From: an uncultured Erysipelotrichaceae bacterium
GTDB lineage: Bacteria; Bacillota_I; Bacilli_A; RFN20; CAG-826
Direction of reading: 5' to 3'
NCBI GenBank assembly: GCA_902796125.1
Contig: CADBNT010000003.1
Coordinates: 1 to 50,352 of the forward strand
Length of the DNA: 50,352 nucleotides
The translations under genes were made by a program, and so were the position numbers. This document shows, in pieces, positions 1 through 8,746 of the stretch; position 1 is the first letter of the stretch; each line of letters begins with the position of its first letter. Below the pieces are notes generated by a model. That model saw nothing but the letters and a program-made list of their open reading frames with translations. It had not been told where the DNA came from and did not search any database.

Positions 1-324
1 ACGTTCTCCGCTGCAAGCTTTATTGTCCTATTTAGAGTTTGTATGCCGTTTGATATTTATAGAGTTTTACTCTATATAGTGTTAGTTCTTCTTGCTGGCA
101 GTACATTTGTTGCAGATGTTTTTACACCTCACGATCCTCATAGTAATTTGAGCATGATTCTTAAATTAAACTATTCCGTTCTAAATAGTTTTAACTGGTG
201 GGTTCCATTAGTTGGTTTTGTTGGAGCGTTAATTGTATATGCGATACTTGAATTTGTTTCAGTTCGCATTAACTGGATTTTCGAAAGAAAAGAAGAAAGG
301 AAGTTAAAAAATGAAAGTATCTAG
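1..324 (+). CDS. 3' end of a membrane protein, probably a cation-transporting P-type ATPase (truncated by window edge)
   Basis: Frame is open from base 1 (TFSAASFIVLFRVCMPFDIYR...), so ATG 43 is probably internal. Hydrophobic helices; the 'LFRVCMPF..YR' pattern resembles the last helices of Firmicute HAD-IC ATPases. Confidence 0.45.
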   Translation, partial: TFSAASFIVLFRVCMPFDIYRVLLYIVLVLLAGSTFVADVFTPHDPHSNLSMILKLNYSVLNSFNWWVPLVGFVGALIVYAILEFVSVRINWIFERKEERKLKNESI

Positions 325-1210
325 TGAAGTTAAATTCGCATTAAAGAAAGGTCTACCTGTTGTTGCTCTAGAGTCAACAATTATTAGCCACGGTATGCCT
401 TATCCAAAAAATGTTCAAACAGCATTAGCAGTTGAAGCAGTTATCCGCGATCATGGCGCTGTTCCTGCTACCATTGGAATTATTGATGGAGAAGCCATTG
501 TTGGTATGTCTCCAGAAGAAATTGAAGAATTTGGCAAAAGAAAAGGTATCAAGAAAGTCTCAAGAAGAGATTTACCTATTGTATTTGCTAGGAAAGAATG
601 GGGCGCGACAACTGTTGCTGCAACTATGATTTTAGCTAATATGGCCGGTATTGAAGTATTTGTTACTGGCGGTGTTGGCGGAGCACATAGAGGAGCCCAA
701 GAAACCTTTGATATCTCTGCAGATTTAGAAGAATTAGCAAGAACTAACGTCACAGTTGTTTCCGCTGGTGTTAAGGCTATTTTGGATCTAAATCTCACTT
801 TAGAAATTCTTGAAACCAAAGGAGTTCCAGTACTTTCTTATCAAACTGATGAATTTGCTGATTTTTATACAAGGCATTCTGGAATCAAAATGGAAAATGT
901 CATCAACTCACCTCTTGAAGCTGCCAAGATTATTAAAGCCAAAAGAGACAACAAACTTGATGGAGGCTTATTAATCGCCAATCCAATCCCAGAAGAGTTT
1001 GCTATGGACACAAAAGTCATTAATGGAGCGATTGAAAAAGCTCTTAAGATGGCTGATGAGGCTGGTGTTAAAGGAAAAGACGTCACACCATTCTTACTTA
1101 AAACAATTGTTGAACTTACTGGTGGTGATTCTTTAGAATCAAACATCAAATTAGTTTTAAATAATGCTGCATTAGGAGCAGAAATCGCTAAAGAACTTTG
1201 TAAATTATGA
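311..1210 (+). CDS. psuG: Pseudouridine-5'-phosphate glycosidase
   Basis: Motifs VALESTIISHGMPYP, KVSRRD, GATTVAAT, TGGVGGAHRG, DISADL, GKDVTPFLL. Confidence 0.96.
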   Translation: MKVSSEVKFALKKGLPVVALESTIISHGMPYPKNVQTALAVEAVIRDHGAVPATIGIIDGEAIVGMSPEEIEEFGKRKGIKKVSRRDLPIVFARKEWGATTVAATMILANMAGIEVFVTGGVGGAHRGAQETFDISADLEELARTNVTVVSAGVKAILDLNLTLEILETKGVPVLSYQTDEFADFYTRHSGIKMENVINSPLEAAKIIKAKRDNKLDGGLLIANPIPEEFAMDTKVINGAIEKALKMADEAGVKGKDVTPFLLKTIVELTGGDSLESNIKLVLNNAALGAEIAKELCKL

Positions 1211-1737
1211 AAATTGAATCGAAATATCAGGAAGGATTAAAGAAGTTACTCAAAGAAAAACCACTCGATGAGATCAATGTGGTTATGCTTTGTGATGCGA
1301 TTAAATCTAATCGTCAAACTTTCTATTACCATTTCCGTGATATTTCAGATGTGGTTGAATCAATTCTCTTAAAAGAGAAGATTGGATACGGGAAGAAGCT
1401 ATTTGATATTGAATCCGTTAATAAAACATTGATTGCTTATATCAATACAAACTATTCTTTTTTATCTTCTATTCATAATTCATTTGCAAGCGATACGATC
1501 GATCAATTCTTTTACTCGGTCTATTATCAAAAGATAACCGGTCTACTCAAAGAGAATAAAAAGATTACATCTTCTGTAATCCGTTATTTATGCAATTTGT
1601 ATAGCAACGAGCTCGTCTATTGGATTGCATCAAAGAGAAAAGAAAAGCAAGCCCACTTAATTCATAGATTTAATGTTGTTTGGGATTATTTCACCAATCA
1701 ATATTTCATCGATCTTAAAAAGGAGACTTCAAAATGA
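1207..1737 (+). CDS. TetR/AcrR-family transcriptional regulator
   Basis: N-terminal HTH 'KPLDEINV..LC.....NRQTFYYHFRDI'; ATGA overlap with psuG. Confidence 0.85.
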   Translation: MKIESKYQEGLKKLLKEKPLDEINVVMLCDAIKSNRQTFYYHFRDISDVVESILLKEKIGYGKKLFDIESVNKTLIAYINTNYSFLSSIHNSFASDTIDQFFYSVYYQKITGLLKENKKITSSVIRYLCNLYSNELVYWIASKRKEKQAHLIHRFNVVWDYFTNQYFIDLKKETSK

Positions 1738-2909
1738 TAAATTTCGATTTTGTTTCTCCTACTAAAATCTACTTTGGAAAAGGTAGAGAAGATGAATTGG
1801 TAGGCATCGTAAAACAATATGGATTTAAACGCTTATTATTTGTTTATGGCGGTGGTTCAATTAAGAAAATTGGATTATATGACAAACTAGTAAAAAATCT
1901 TGAATCTGCAGGGATTTTCTTTGCAGAACTTAGTGGAATTAGACCAAATCCTTCAAGTGAAAAAGTAGATGAAGGCGTAAAAATTTGTCGTAATGAAAAC
2001 ATTGATTTAATCCTCGCTGTTGGTGGTGGATCTGTCATTGATACCGCTAAAGCAATTGCGTGTGGTTTTTATTATGATGGTGATCCATTTGATTTTAACC
2101 TTCATAAAGTAAAACCAACCAAAGCTTTGCCTCTTGGAGTTATTCTAACTTTATCTGCTTCTGGTTCCGAACTATCTGATTCATGCGTGATTATGAATGA
2201 CAAGACTCTTGTAAAACAAGGCTTCAATGACGATATCGTTAGACCACTATTTGCTATTATGAATCCTGAACTCACTTATAGTGTTAGTAAGTATCAAACA
2301 GGATGTGGAGTTGTTGATATTATTTCTCATTCATTTGAAAGATATTTTTCTAAAAGTGAGAATAATGATGTTGCTGATTCACTTGCCTTAGCAATCATTA
2401 AAGAAACTGTTAGAGCAGGTAAGCTTTGCATTGATAATCCTATGGATTATGACGCAAGAGCTGACATGATGCTTCTTGGTTCATATTCGCATAACGGATT
2501 AACTAGTTTAGGTAAAGCAAAAGCGATGCCTATTCATAAAATGGAGCACGCTTTATCAGCTTATGACGTTAATATTGCCCATGGAGCAGGTTTATCAGTA
2601 TTAATACCTGCATGGATGGAAGTAAGTTATAAAAATGATATTTCCAAATTCTCTCGCTTTGCGAAAGAAGTATTTAATATTGAATGCAATAATGAGGATG
2701 AGTGTGCTAAACTTGGTATACAATCTTTAAGAAACTATTTTCATGAGATTGGAATGCCAATTAGTCTTGGCGAAATTAATTTGAGTAAAAACGATATTCC
2801 TCATTTGGTGGATATGATGACGGATGATGGCACACATGTGATTGGCCCTACGTCAATAAAGCCACTCACAAAAGAGGAAATTATTAGAATGTTAAATTCT
2901 ATCCTCTAG
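1734..2909 (+). CDS. Iron-containing alcohol dehydrogenase (butanol dehydrogenase-like)
   Basis: PTKIYFG, AVGGGSVIDTAK, TLSASGSE; metal ligands D..SH, H..EH and HGAGL. Confidence 0.92.
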   Translation: MINFDFVSPTKIYFGKGREDELVGIVKQYGFKRLLFVYGGGSIKKIGLYDKLVKNLESAGIFFAELSGIRPNPSSEKVDEGVKICRNENIDLILAVGGGSVIDTAKAIACGFYYDGDPFDFNLHKVKPTKALPLGVILTLSASGSELSDSCVIMNDKTLVKQGFNDDIVRPLFAIMNPELTYSVSKYQTGCGVVDIISHSFERYFSKSENNDVADSLALAIIKETVRAGKLCIDNPMDYDARADMMLLGSYSHNGLTSLGKAKAMPIHKMEHALSAYDVNIAHGAGLSVLIPAWMEVSYKNDISKFSRFAKEVFNIECNNEDECAKLGIQSLRNYFHEIGMPISLGEINLSKNDIPHLVDMMTDDGTHVIGPTSIKPLTKEEIIRMLNSIL

Positions 2910-2922
2910 AAGGAGATTTTTT

Positions 2923-4071
2923 ATGAGAAAAGAAGACATTGCTAGTGCAATTATCTATCTAATTATGATTGCCATTGCCCTTGTTGTAGGTTTCACAGCT
3001 ATTTCAGATGCTTTCACAAACCTTTATTCAACATTTAACTCTAAGTTTAATTCTTTTGCTTTTGCAATCGTAGTCATCATTGTTGGTCTTTTATTCAATA
3101 TGATTATGCTTGAAGTTTTCCATGTTTTAGGTGGAAAAATGGGCAAATACAACATCGTTTCAGTCAACGTTGTTGGTTTATGTATTTATAAAGAATCCGG
3201 CAAATGGAAATTTGGTTTTAAAGATTTTGATGGTCTGACAGGTGAAACAAAACTATCACCAAAATCTAAAGATTCAAATCTTAAACCATTCGTTTGGCTT
3301 CCATTATTTATGTACATATTAGAACTTATTGGATGCATTACTTTATATACATTAGGTTCCTCAATGAAAGAAGCAGATCGTTTTAGCCCACTTTGTTGGC
3401 TTGCTGTAGCAGCACTTCTTTGGGTTGTTATTTCTTCCATGATGGCCTTATATAATTTTGTTCCTGTTAAACTCGATTCTATGACTGATGGTTATCGTTT
3501 AATGCTTCTTACAAAGAAGGTTAACGCCGAGGCATTTAACGAAGTTATGAGAATTGAAAATCTTCAAAGAGAAGGTAAACCAGTTGATTCTATTAGAGTC
3601 TTTGACGAGATTACCGATTACACAGCAAGCGTTAACTTGTACTCCGTTTATGAACATCTTGCCAAAGGCGAATTTGAAGATGCAGAAAAATTAATTGATG
3701 CCATCTTAGAACAAAAGGATAAAGTTTCCTCGATTACTGCCAATAGACTTCTTGCTCAAAAACTATATATTAAGATTCTTACTCTTTCTAAAGAAGAAGC
3801 TCAAAAATACTATGATTCTGATGTCGATGATAATGTGCGTCGTTTTATTTCAAACGATCTATCAATGGAATCGCTTAGAGCATACGTATTAATTGCTGGA
3901 ATGCTTGATGAATCTCTTGGTGAAGTTCAATACGCGAATGGCAGAAAATCAAAGGCTCTTAAACGTTCACTTCCTGCCCGTGCAAGTATTGAAGAGAAGC
4001 TTTATGAAGACGCTTTAGCGTTTGTAAAGAAAGCTCATCCAGATTGGGATTTTGCTAAACAAGCTGCTTAA
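2923..4071 (+). CDS. Membrane protein, peptidase M50-like with degenerate zinc motif and helical C-terminal domain
   Basis: RBS AAGGAG; about 4 TM segments; LEVFH in the HExxH position; NFVP...TDG motif. Confidence 0.6.
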   Translation: MRKEDIASAIIYLIMIAIALVVGFTAISDAFTNLYSTFNSKFNSFAFAIVVIIVGLLFNMIMLEVFHVLGGKMGKYNIVSVNVVGLCIYKESGKWKFGFKDFDGLTGETKLSPKSKDSNLKPFVWLPLFMYILELIGCITLYTLGSSMKEADRFSPLCWLAVAALLWVVISSMMALYNFVPVKLDSMTDGYRLMLLTKKVNAEAFNEVMRIENLQREGKPVDSIRVFDEITDYTASVNLYSVYEHLAKGEFEDAEKLIDAILEQKDKVSSITANRLLAQKLYIKILTLSKEEAQKYYDSDVDDNVRRFISNDLSMESLRAYVLIAGMLDESLGEVQYANGRKSKALKRSLPARASIEEKLYEDALAFVKKAHPDWDFAKQAA

Positions 4072-4082
4072 TTAAGCAACAA

Positions 4083-4116
4083 AAAAACATCGCCATTTCG
4101 AGCGATGTTTTTGTTT
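4083..4116. terminator. Bidirectional intrinsic terminator
   Basis: AAAAACATCGC-N8-GCGATGTTTTT between convergent genes. Confidence 0.85.
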
Positions 4117-4120
4117 GCGT

Positions 4121-4450
4121 TTAATCTACTTCTTCGTATCTTGAATTATCTTCCCTTGGATAGTCTTCATATATGAGACTAACAGGTTTGTTCTGATTAA
4201 CTTTTCCAATGCAAGCGTGCTCATCAGCGTATTTGCTTTCATAAGAGATTGATGAATTATCATCCATAAAATCTCCTAGGGACAATCCAAATTGCTCACA
4301 TAAATAAGCAAGGTTTTCCTTTTTAGGAGCAGCTTGACCATTTCTCCATTTCTTTAGAAGAAAGAAAGAAATTTTATATTTCTTTGCAAACTTCATTTCT
4401 GAAAGGTCTAATGCTTTTTCAAGATAGTCAATTTTTTCAAGAACGGTCAT
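4121..4450 (-). CDS. XRE-type helix-turn-helix protein
   Basis: 'LSEMKFAKKYKIS...LKKWRNGQAAPK...L..LCEQFGLSLGDF' fits an HTH_3 pattern; acidic tail; starts 8 nt after mscL. Confidence 0.7.
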   Translation of the reverse strand: MTVLEKIDYLEKALDLSEMKFAKKYKISFFLLKKWRNGQAAPKKENLAYLCEQFGLSLGDFMDDNSSISYESKYADEHACIGKVNQNKPVSLIYEDYPREDNSRYEEVD

Positions 4451-4458
4451 AAATTAAC

Positions 4459-5115
4459 TTATTTCTTTGCTGCAAGAAGATCTCTAATTTGAGTGAGAAG
4501 TTCAGTTTCAGTTGGTGCAGGAACACCTGGTTCAACTGGTGCTGGTCTTTCTTCTGGATGTTTTTGATAGTAAGCTTCTTTGGCTTTTGCTTCAGCTTCG
4601 GCCTTCTTAGCATTGACGGCTGCGACAGTCTTAACAATTGCAAAGAGAACGATAGCGATGATGATGAAGCTGATGACAGCATTAATTAATGCACCCCAGT
4701 TAATGTAAGCAGCACCATTGAAAACCCACTTAGCACCAAACTTGGTGTAGTTGCTGTTTAAAATGTTTGTACCATACATGACTGGATCGGCTGCACCGGC
4801 TTTAGTACCAATTTCAGTAGCCTTAGCAGTGAAATCGACAGCATCGAATTGTTGTCCAACGAATTGTGCGCCTGATTGTGCTTCGTTAGCTGGGTTAACT
4901 GGTAAGACAGTAACTAAGCTAGCAAGACCACCTGGAAGTGGCCAAGAAACGATACTTAACAAAATGTTAACAACGGCTGTGACAATTGCGCTGAAGGCAC
5001 CGCCAATGACGACACCAATAGCCATATCAAGAACATTACCACGTGAGATAAAGGCTTTGAAATCAGCCAAAAGGCCTTTGCCCTTTACCTTAGCTTTCTT
5101 TTCTTTTTTACTCAT
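4459..5115 (-). CDS. mscL: Large-conductance mechanosensitive channel with enlarged extracytoplasmic loop
   Basis: FKAFISRGNVLDMAIGVVIGGAF, G.LINAVISFIII, ELLTQIRDLL. Start moved to ATG 5115, which follows RBS GGAGGT. Confidence 0.93.
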   Translation of the reverse strand: MSKKEKKAKVKGKGLLADFKAFISRGNVLDMAIGVVIGGAFSAIVTAVVNILLSIVSWPLPGGLASLVTVLPVNPANEAQSGAQFVGQQFDAVDFTAKATEIGTKAGAADPVMYGTNILNSNYTKFGAKWVFNGAAYINWGALINAVISFIIIAIVLFAIVKTVAAVNAKKAEAEAKAKEAYYQKHPEERPAPVEPGVPAPTETELLTQIRDLLAAKK

Positions 5116-5136
5116 ATTTACCTCCGATTTAAATTG

Positions 5137-5190
5137 ATTATAAATCACTTTAATTGCTCTTTTCAATGCTAGAAAGTATAAGATATAATA
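5137..5190. promoter_or_regulatory. Divergent sigma-A-type promoters for mscL and the DegV gene
   Basis: Minus strand TTGAAA(5166-61)-N18-TATAAT(5142-37); plus strand TATAAT at 5184-89 upstream of the DegV RBS. Confidence 0.55.
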
Positions 5191-5211
5191 ATTTCCAAGT
5201 GAGGAACTATT

Positions 5212-6063
5212 ATGAATAAGGTAAAAATTATTGTTGATTCCACTGTTGATTTAACCAAAGAACTCTATGAACAATATGACATGGATATTCTTCCATTAAA
5301 TGTGAATTTTGGAACCGATAACTTTAAAGATGGTGTTGATATGACACCAGATCAACTCTACAAAAGAGTTAAAGAGTTTGGCGAGCTTCCTTCAACTGCT
5401 GCGCGTTCACCATTAGACTTTGAAGAAATTTTTAAGAAATATATCGATAAAGGATATGATGTCCTTTATGTAGGTATTGGTTCAAAATTCTCAACTTCAT
5501 TCCAAAGCGCGAATATTGCAAAACAAGAATTCCCAGAAGATAGAGTATATTTGGTTGATTCACTCAACCTTTCAAGTGGTTCTGGACTTCTTGCTATGAA
5601 GGCTGGAAGAATGGCAAAAGAAGGGGCTTCTGCGAAGGAAATTAAGGCAGAACTCGAATCTTTAGTGCCAAATGTTTCATCTAAATTTGCAGTTGAAACT
5701 CTTGAATATTTACATAAAGGCGGACGTTGTTCTGGAGCATCTAAACTCCTTGGACATATCTTCCATATTCACCCGATCATTTCAGTTAAAGATGGTGGAA
5801 TGCTTGTCACCAAGAAACCACGTGGCTTAATGAAGATTGCTATTAATGAAATGGTTAATGAACTTAAAGCAGATCTTCCAAACGTATATCAAGATGACAT
5901 CATGATTACTCATTCCGGATGTTCACAAGACGTAATTGATTATTGTGAAAGCGAAGTTAAGAAACTTGTTGATCCAAAATGCGTAAAAATTACACACGCT
6001 GGTTGCGTTATCTGCACCCACTGTGGTCCAGGAACAATTGGTATCCTTTATATTAAGAAATAA
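5212..6063 (+). CDS. DegV/FakB-family fatty-acid-binding protein
   Basis: IIVDST.DL, PSTAA.SP, VDSLNLS.G, LEYLHKGGR, HCGPGTIG. Confidence 0.93.
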   Translation: MNKVKIIVDSTVDLTKELYEQYDMDILPLNVNFGTDNFKDGVDMTPDQLYKRVKEFGELPSTAARSPLDFEEIFKKYIDKGYDVLYVGIGSKFSTSFQSANIAKQEFPEDRVYLVDSLNLSSGSGLLAMKAGRMAKEGASAKEIKAELESLVPNVSSKFAVETLEYLHKGGRCSGASKLLGHIFHIHPIISVKDGGMLVTKKPRGLMKIAINEMVNELKADLPNVYQDDIMITHSGCSQDVIDYCESEVKKLVDPKCVKITHAGCVICTHCGPGTIGILYIKK

Positions 6064-6073
6064 TTAGCAAAAC

Positions 6074-6104
6074 AAAAGAGGTAACGAAGGTCGCTACCTC
6101 TTTT
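6074..6104. terminator. Bidirectional intrinsic terminator
   Basis: AAAAGAGGTA...TACCTCTTTT between convergent genes. Confidence 0.85.
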
Positions 6105-6112
6105 CATTTGCT

Positions 6113-7360
6113 CTATTGAGCACTTGAAGATGATTTAAGTTGTCTTTTGTATCTGCTCTTAAATACTGTGTAAACAATTCCTAGTGGAATACAAATGAGG
6201 ACTAGAATCGATGGGATAAACATCGATGTAACAACAGACGCGCTCATATTTGCGAATGCGCCACCACCTGCTCCTGATGCAGAGACACGTGCTAATGCAA
6301 CTGCAGTGCCGATTGTTAATACAACACCCAAGATGATTTGAAGAACTCCTGAAATCCAGAATAATGGACCAGTGAAGGTATAAACCTTATCGCCTCCAAA
6401 GAATGTCTTAATGAGTGTCCATACAAGGAAGAAAGCCCAAACAGCAGCAACGACGATTATAACGATAAGCATTACCTTTAAAACTATGGAAATGACGTTA
6501 TAAACATCATCATTAAAGTTTTTCTTAATCATGTCACTAAGTAATGATGGAAGCTTAGCAGCTTTTTGTTCCATTGTTTCACCTTCAGGTGCACTTTCGT
6601 TTCTAATTAAATCAACTAACATTCCATCAACAATTGTGTCAATTGGATAAATGGTTTCTTCATCTTCTTTAAGCATATTAGCGTCGTTAAGCATCGAAGC
6701 GGTGCTCGATCTAATTGATGATTTATATGATGCATCAAATTCTGGGATTTCCATGACACCGGAAGCATTCATTTTGCTAGCAGCATCTTTTAATTGATCA
6801 AACATAACATCACCAACTGTAATAACCGATGCGTTAGGAGCTTCGATAGCACCAAATACTTTGTCTGTTAAACCTTCAAAATATGCGACATCCATACCTG
6901 CTGCAGTTCTAATTTGTTCAGCTGTTCTACTGTCGCTAGAATCTTTATTTTCTTCAATTTTTTCATCAAAGTTCTTGATTAAGGTTTTAACAGCAAGCTG
7001 TTTAGCTAAACCTTTTGCAATTCTATGAATTGGATTTCTTAATGAATCAATAACACTATTGATATTTGGATCCACAAATTCTTCATCAATAACTTTCTTA
7101 GAATCTCCAGTTACAGAGCGGAATAATGCTTTAGGAGTTACTGATAATGAAAGTCCTAAATCAATGGTGTCGCCACCAATAACCTTCTTAACATCTAAAT
7201 CTTCTGTTTCTTCGTTTTTTGGAAGAACTTGTTGAACTTGGTCAGCTGTTACTTTGTAGCCAATGTTTAAAGACATTGTTGGCATAGCGAATAACAAAAT
7301 AATCGCTGTTGCAGCAATGGCCATGAACACAAGGTTAAAAATTCGGATTACGTTCTTCAT
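6113..7360 (-). CDS. Hypothetical membrane protein (1 N-terminal TM, large soluble domain, 3 C-terminal TMs)
   Basis: 415-aa ORF, RBS AAGAGGT, clear hydropathy pattern; no family recognised. Confidence 0.8.
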   Translation of the reverse strand: MKNVIRIFNLVFMAIAATAIILLFAMPTMSLNIGYKVTADQVQQVLPKNEETEDLDVKKVIGGDTIDLGLSLSVTPKALFRSVTGDSKKVIDEEFVDPNINSVIDSLRNPIHRIAKGLAKQLAVKTLIKNFDEKIEENKDSSDSRTAEQIRTAAGMDVAYFEGLTDKVFGAIEAPNASVITVGDVMFDQLKDAASKMNASGVMEIPEFDASYKSSIRSSTASMLNDANMLKEDEETIYPIDTIVDGMLVDLIRNESAPEGETMEQKAAKLPSLLSDMIKKNFNDDVYNVISIVLKVMLIVIIVVAAVWAFFLVWTLIKTFFGGDKVYTFTGPLFWISGVLQIILGVVLTIGTAVALARVSASGAGGGAFANMSASVVTSMFIPSILVLICIPLGIVYTVFKSRYKRQLKSSSSAQ

Positions 7361-7380
7361 ATGTGTTTACCTCTTTCTTA

Positions 7381-7411
7381 ATCATAAAGTATAGACTTTA
7401 ACTTGTCTATA
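7381..7411 (-). promoter_or_regulatory. Promoter overlapped by a 7-8-7 inverted repeat
   Basis: Minus strand TAGACA-N17-TATGAT; TATAGAC-N8-GTCTATA at 7390-7411. Confidence 0.6.
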
Positions 7412-7414
7412 TGA

Positions 7415-8746
7415 CTATTCACCTGTTACAGATAGTTTTTTAACGTAAATACTTGGAGTGGTAACACCACTTTCTATTAAGAATTTGGAGTTATTTGCTA
7501 CGTCTTTAATTCCCATAAAGACATCAACCAAATTGCCTGCAACTGTAATTAAGGAAAGTGGTTCAGCAAGCTTTCCATCTCTAATCATGAATCCTTCAGC
7601 TTGAAGTGAGAAATTGCCTGATTGAGCATTCATTCCTGCGTGCATTCCGTGTAATTCAGTGATGTATACGCCTTCGTTAATTTTAGAGAGGATTTCTTCT
7701 TCACTCTTACGACCTGGTTTAACAACAATGTTAACTATTCCAGCGTGAGTCTTGCCACCTCCGCGGTAGCCATTTCCAGTTGGTTCAACTCCGTCTTTTG
7801 CAGCAGTCTCTAATGTATATAAATATGTTTCAAGATTTCCTTTTTTAATAAGGAATTTTTTATTTGTTGCTACACCTTCATCATCAAAGTATCTGAAGTA
7901 ATAATTCTTTAATAAAGGATTCTCCAAAACTGTTAATTTTTTAGATGCGATTTGTTGATGAAGTTTTCCGATAAACATTGATGATTTCTTTTGAACTTCT
8001 TCAGCGTCAATATTTGATAAGTATGCTTTTAATAAAGATGCAGTGGTGCTTTGGTCAAAGACGACAGGATATTTTTTGCTCTTACATTGCTTTGCGCCAA
8101 GGCGTTTAAGAGCATCATTAGCAACATCACTTACGAATTTATCAACATCAAATTCGCCATCTTTAATAGAAGCAAAAACTTTAAATCCAGTACGGACTTC
8201 GTCTCCATCTTTAGCAGTGACTTCTGCCACAAAATCATAACTGGCGGTTTTGTCTTTTAACTTTAACCCGTATGAATTTGATAATTGAGATTCTGAAATA
8301 CCTTCATCATATGATAAAGTGGCAACTTCATTAATGCGTTTATCATACGCTAATAAGCGTTTTTCAATTTCTAAAAGGAGATCAATCTTTTCACTGATTG
8401 GTTTACCAACAATGTTTTTATCAAAGAGATTTTTCTTGTGATATTTTTCACTGCCTTTAAAGATGATGCTTGGATCATCGCTTTCAACAATAGTGGCAGT
8501 GTCTTTAATAGAATTAATCAAGAATTCAGGAGTATTTTTATCGATAGCTTCAGTAGTAACTGTTCCAAACTTTCCATTAACAATTCCTCTAGCGACTACT
8601 AAGTAGGAATCGCTTTGAGTAAAGGAACTAACTTCTTTATGAAAAATAGAAACTGAAAGAGAATATGAACGATGCAAGTATAAATCTGCAGCTTCAAATT
8701 TATTTTCTTTAGCAAGTTCAAAGAATTTTTTATCATTTAATCTCAT
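7415..8746 (-). CDS. pmbA: TldE/PmbA-family protein
   Basis: FDDEGV, G.NAQSGNFSLQAEG, ITVAGNL, TPSI; no HExxxH; downstream of tldD. Confidence 0.9.
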   Translation of the reverse strand: MRLNDKKFFELAKENKFEAADLYLHRSYSLSVSIFHKEVSSFTQSDSYLVVARGIVNGKFGTVTTEAIDKNTPEFLINSIKDTATIVESDDPSIIFKGSEKYHKKNLFDKNIVGKPISEKIDLLLEIEKRLLAYDKRINEVATLSYDEGISESQLSNSYGLKLKDKTASYDFVAEVTAKDGDEVRTGFKVFASIKDGEFDVDKFVSDVANDALKRLGAKQCKSKKYPVVFDQSTTASLLKAYLSNIDAEEVQKKSSMFIGKLHQQIASKKLTVLENPLLKNYYFRYFDDEGVATNKKFLIKKGNLETYLYTLETAAKDGVEPTGNGYRGGGKTHAGIVNIVVKPGRKSEEEILSKINEGVYITELHGMHAGMNAQSGNFSLQAEGFMIRDGKLAEPLSLITVAGNLVDVFMGIKDVANNSKFLIESGVTTPSIYVKKLSVTGE

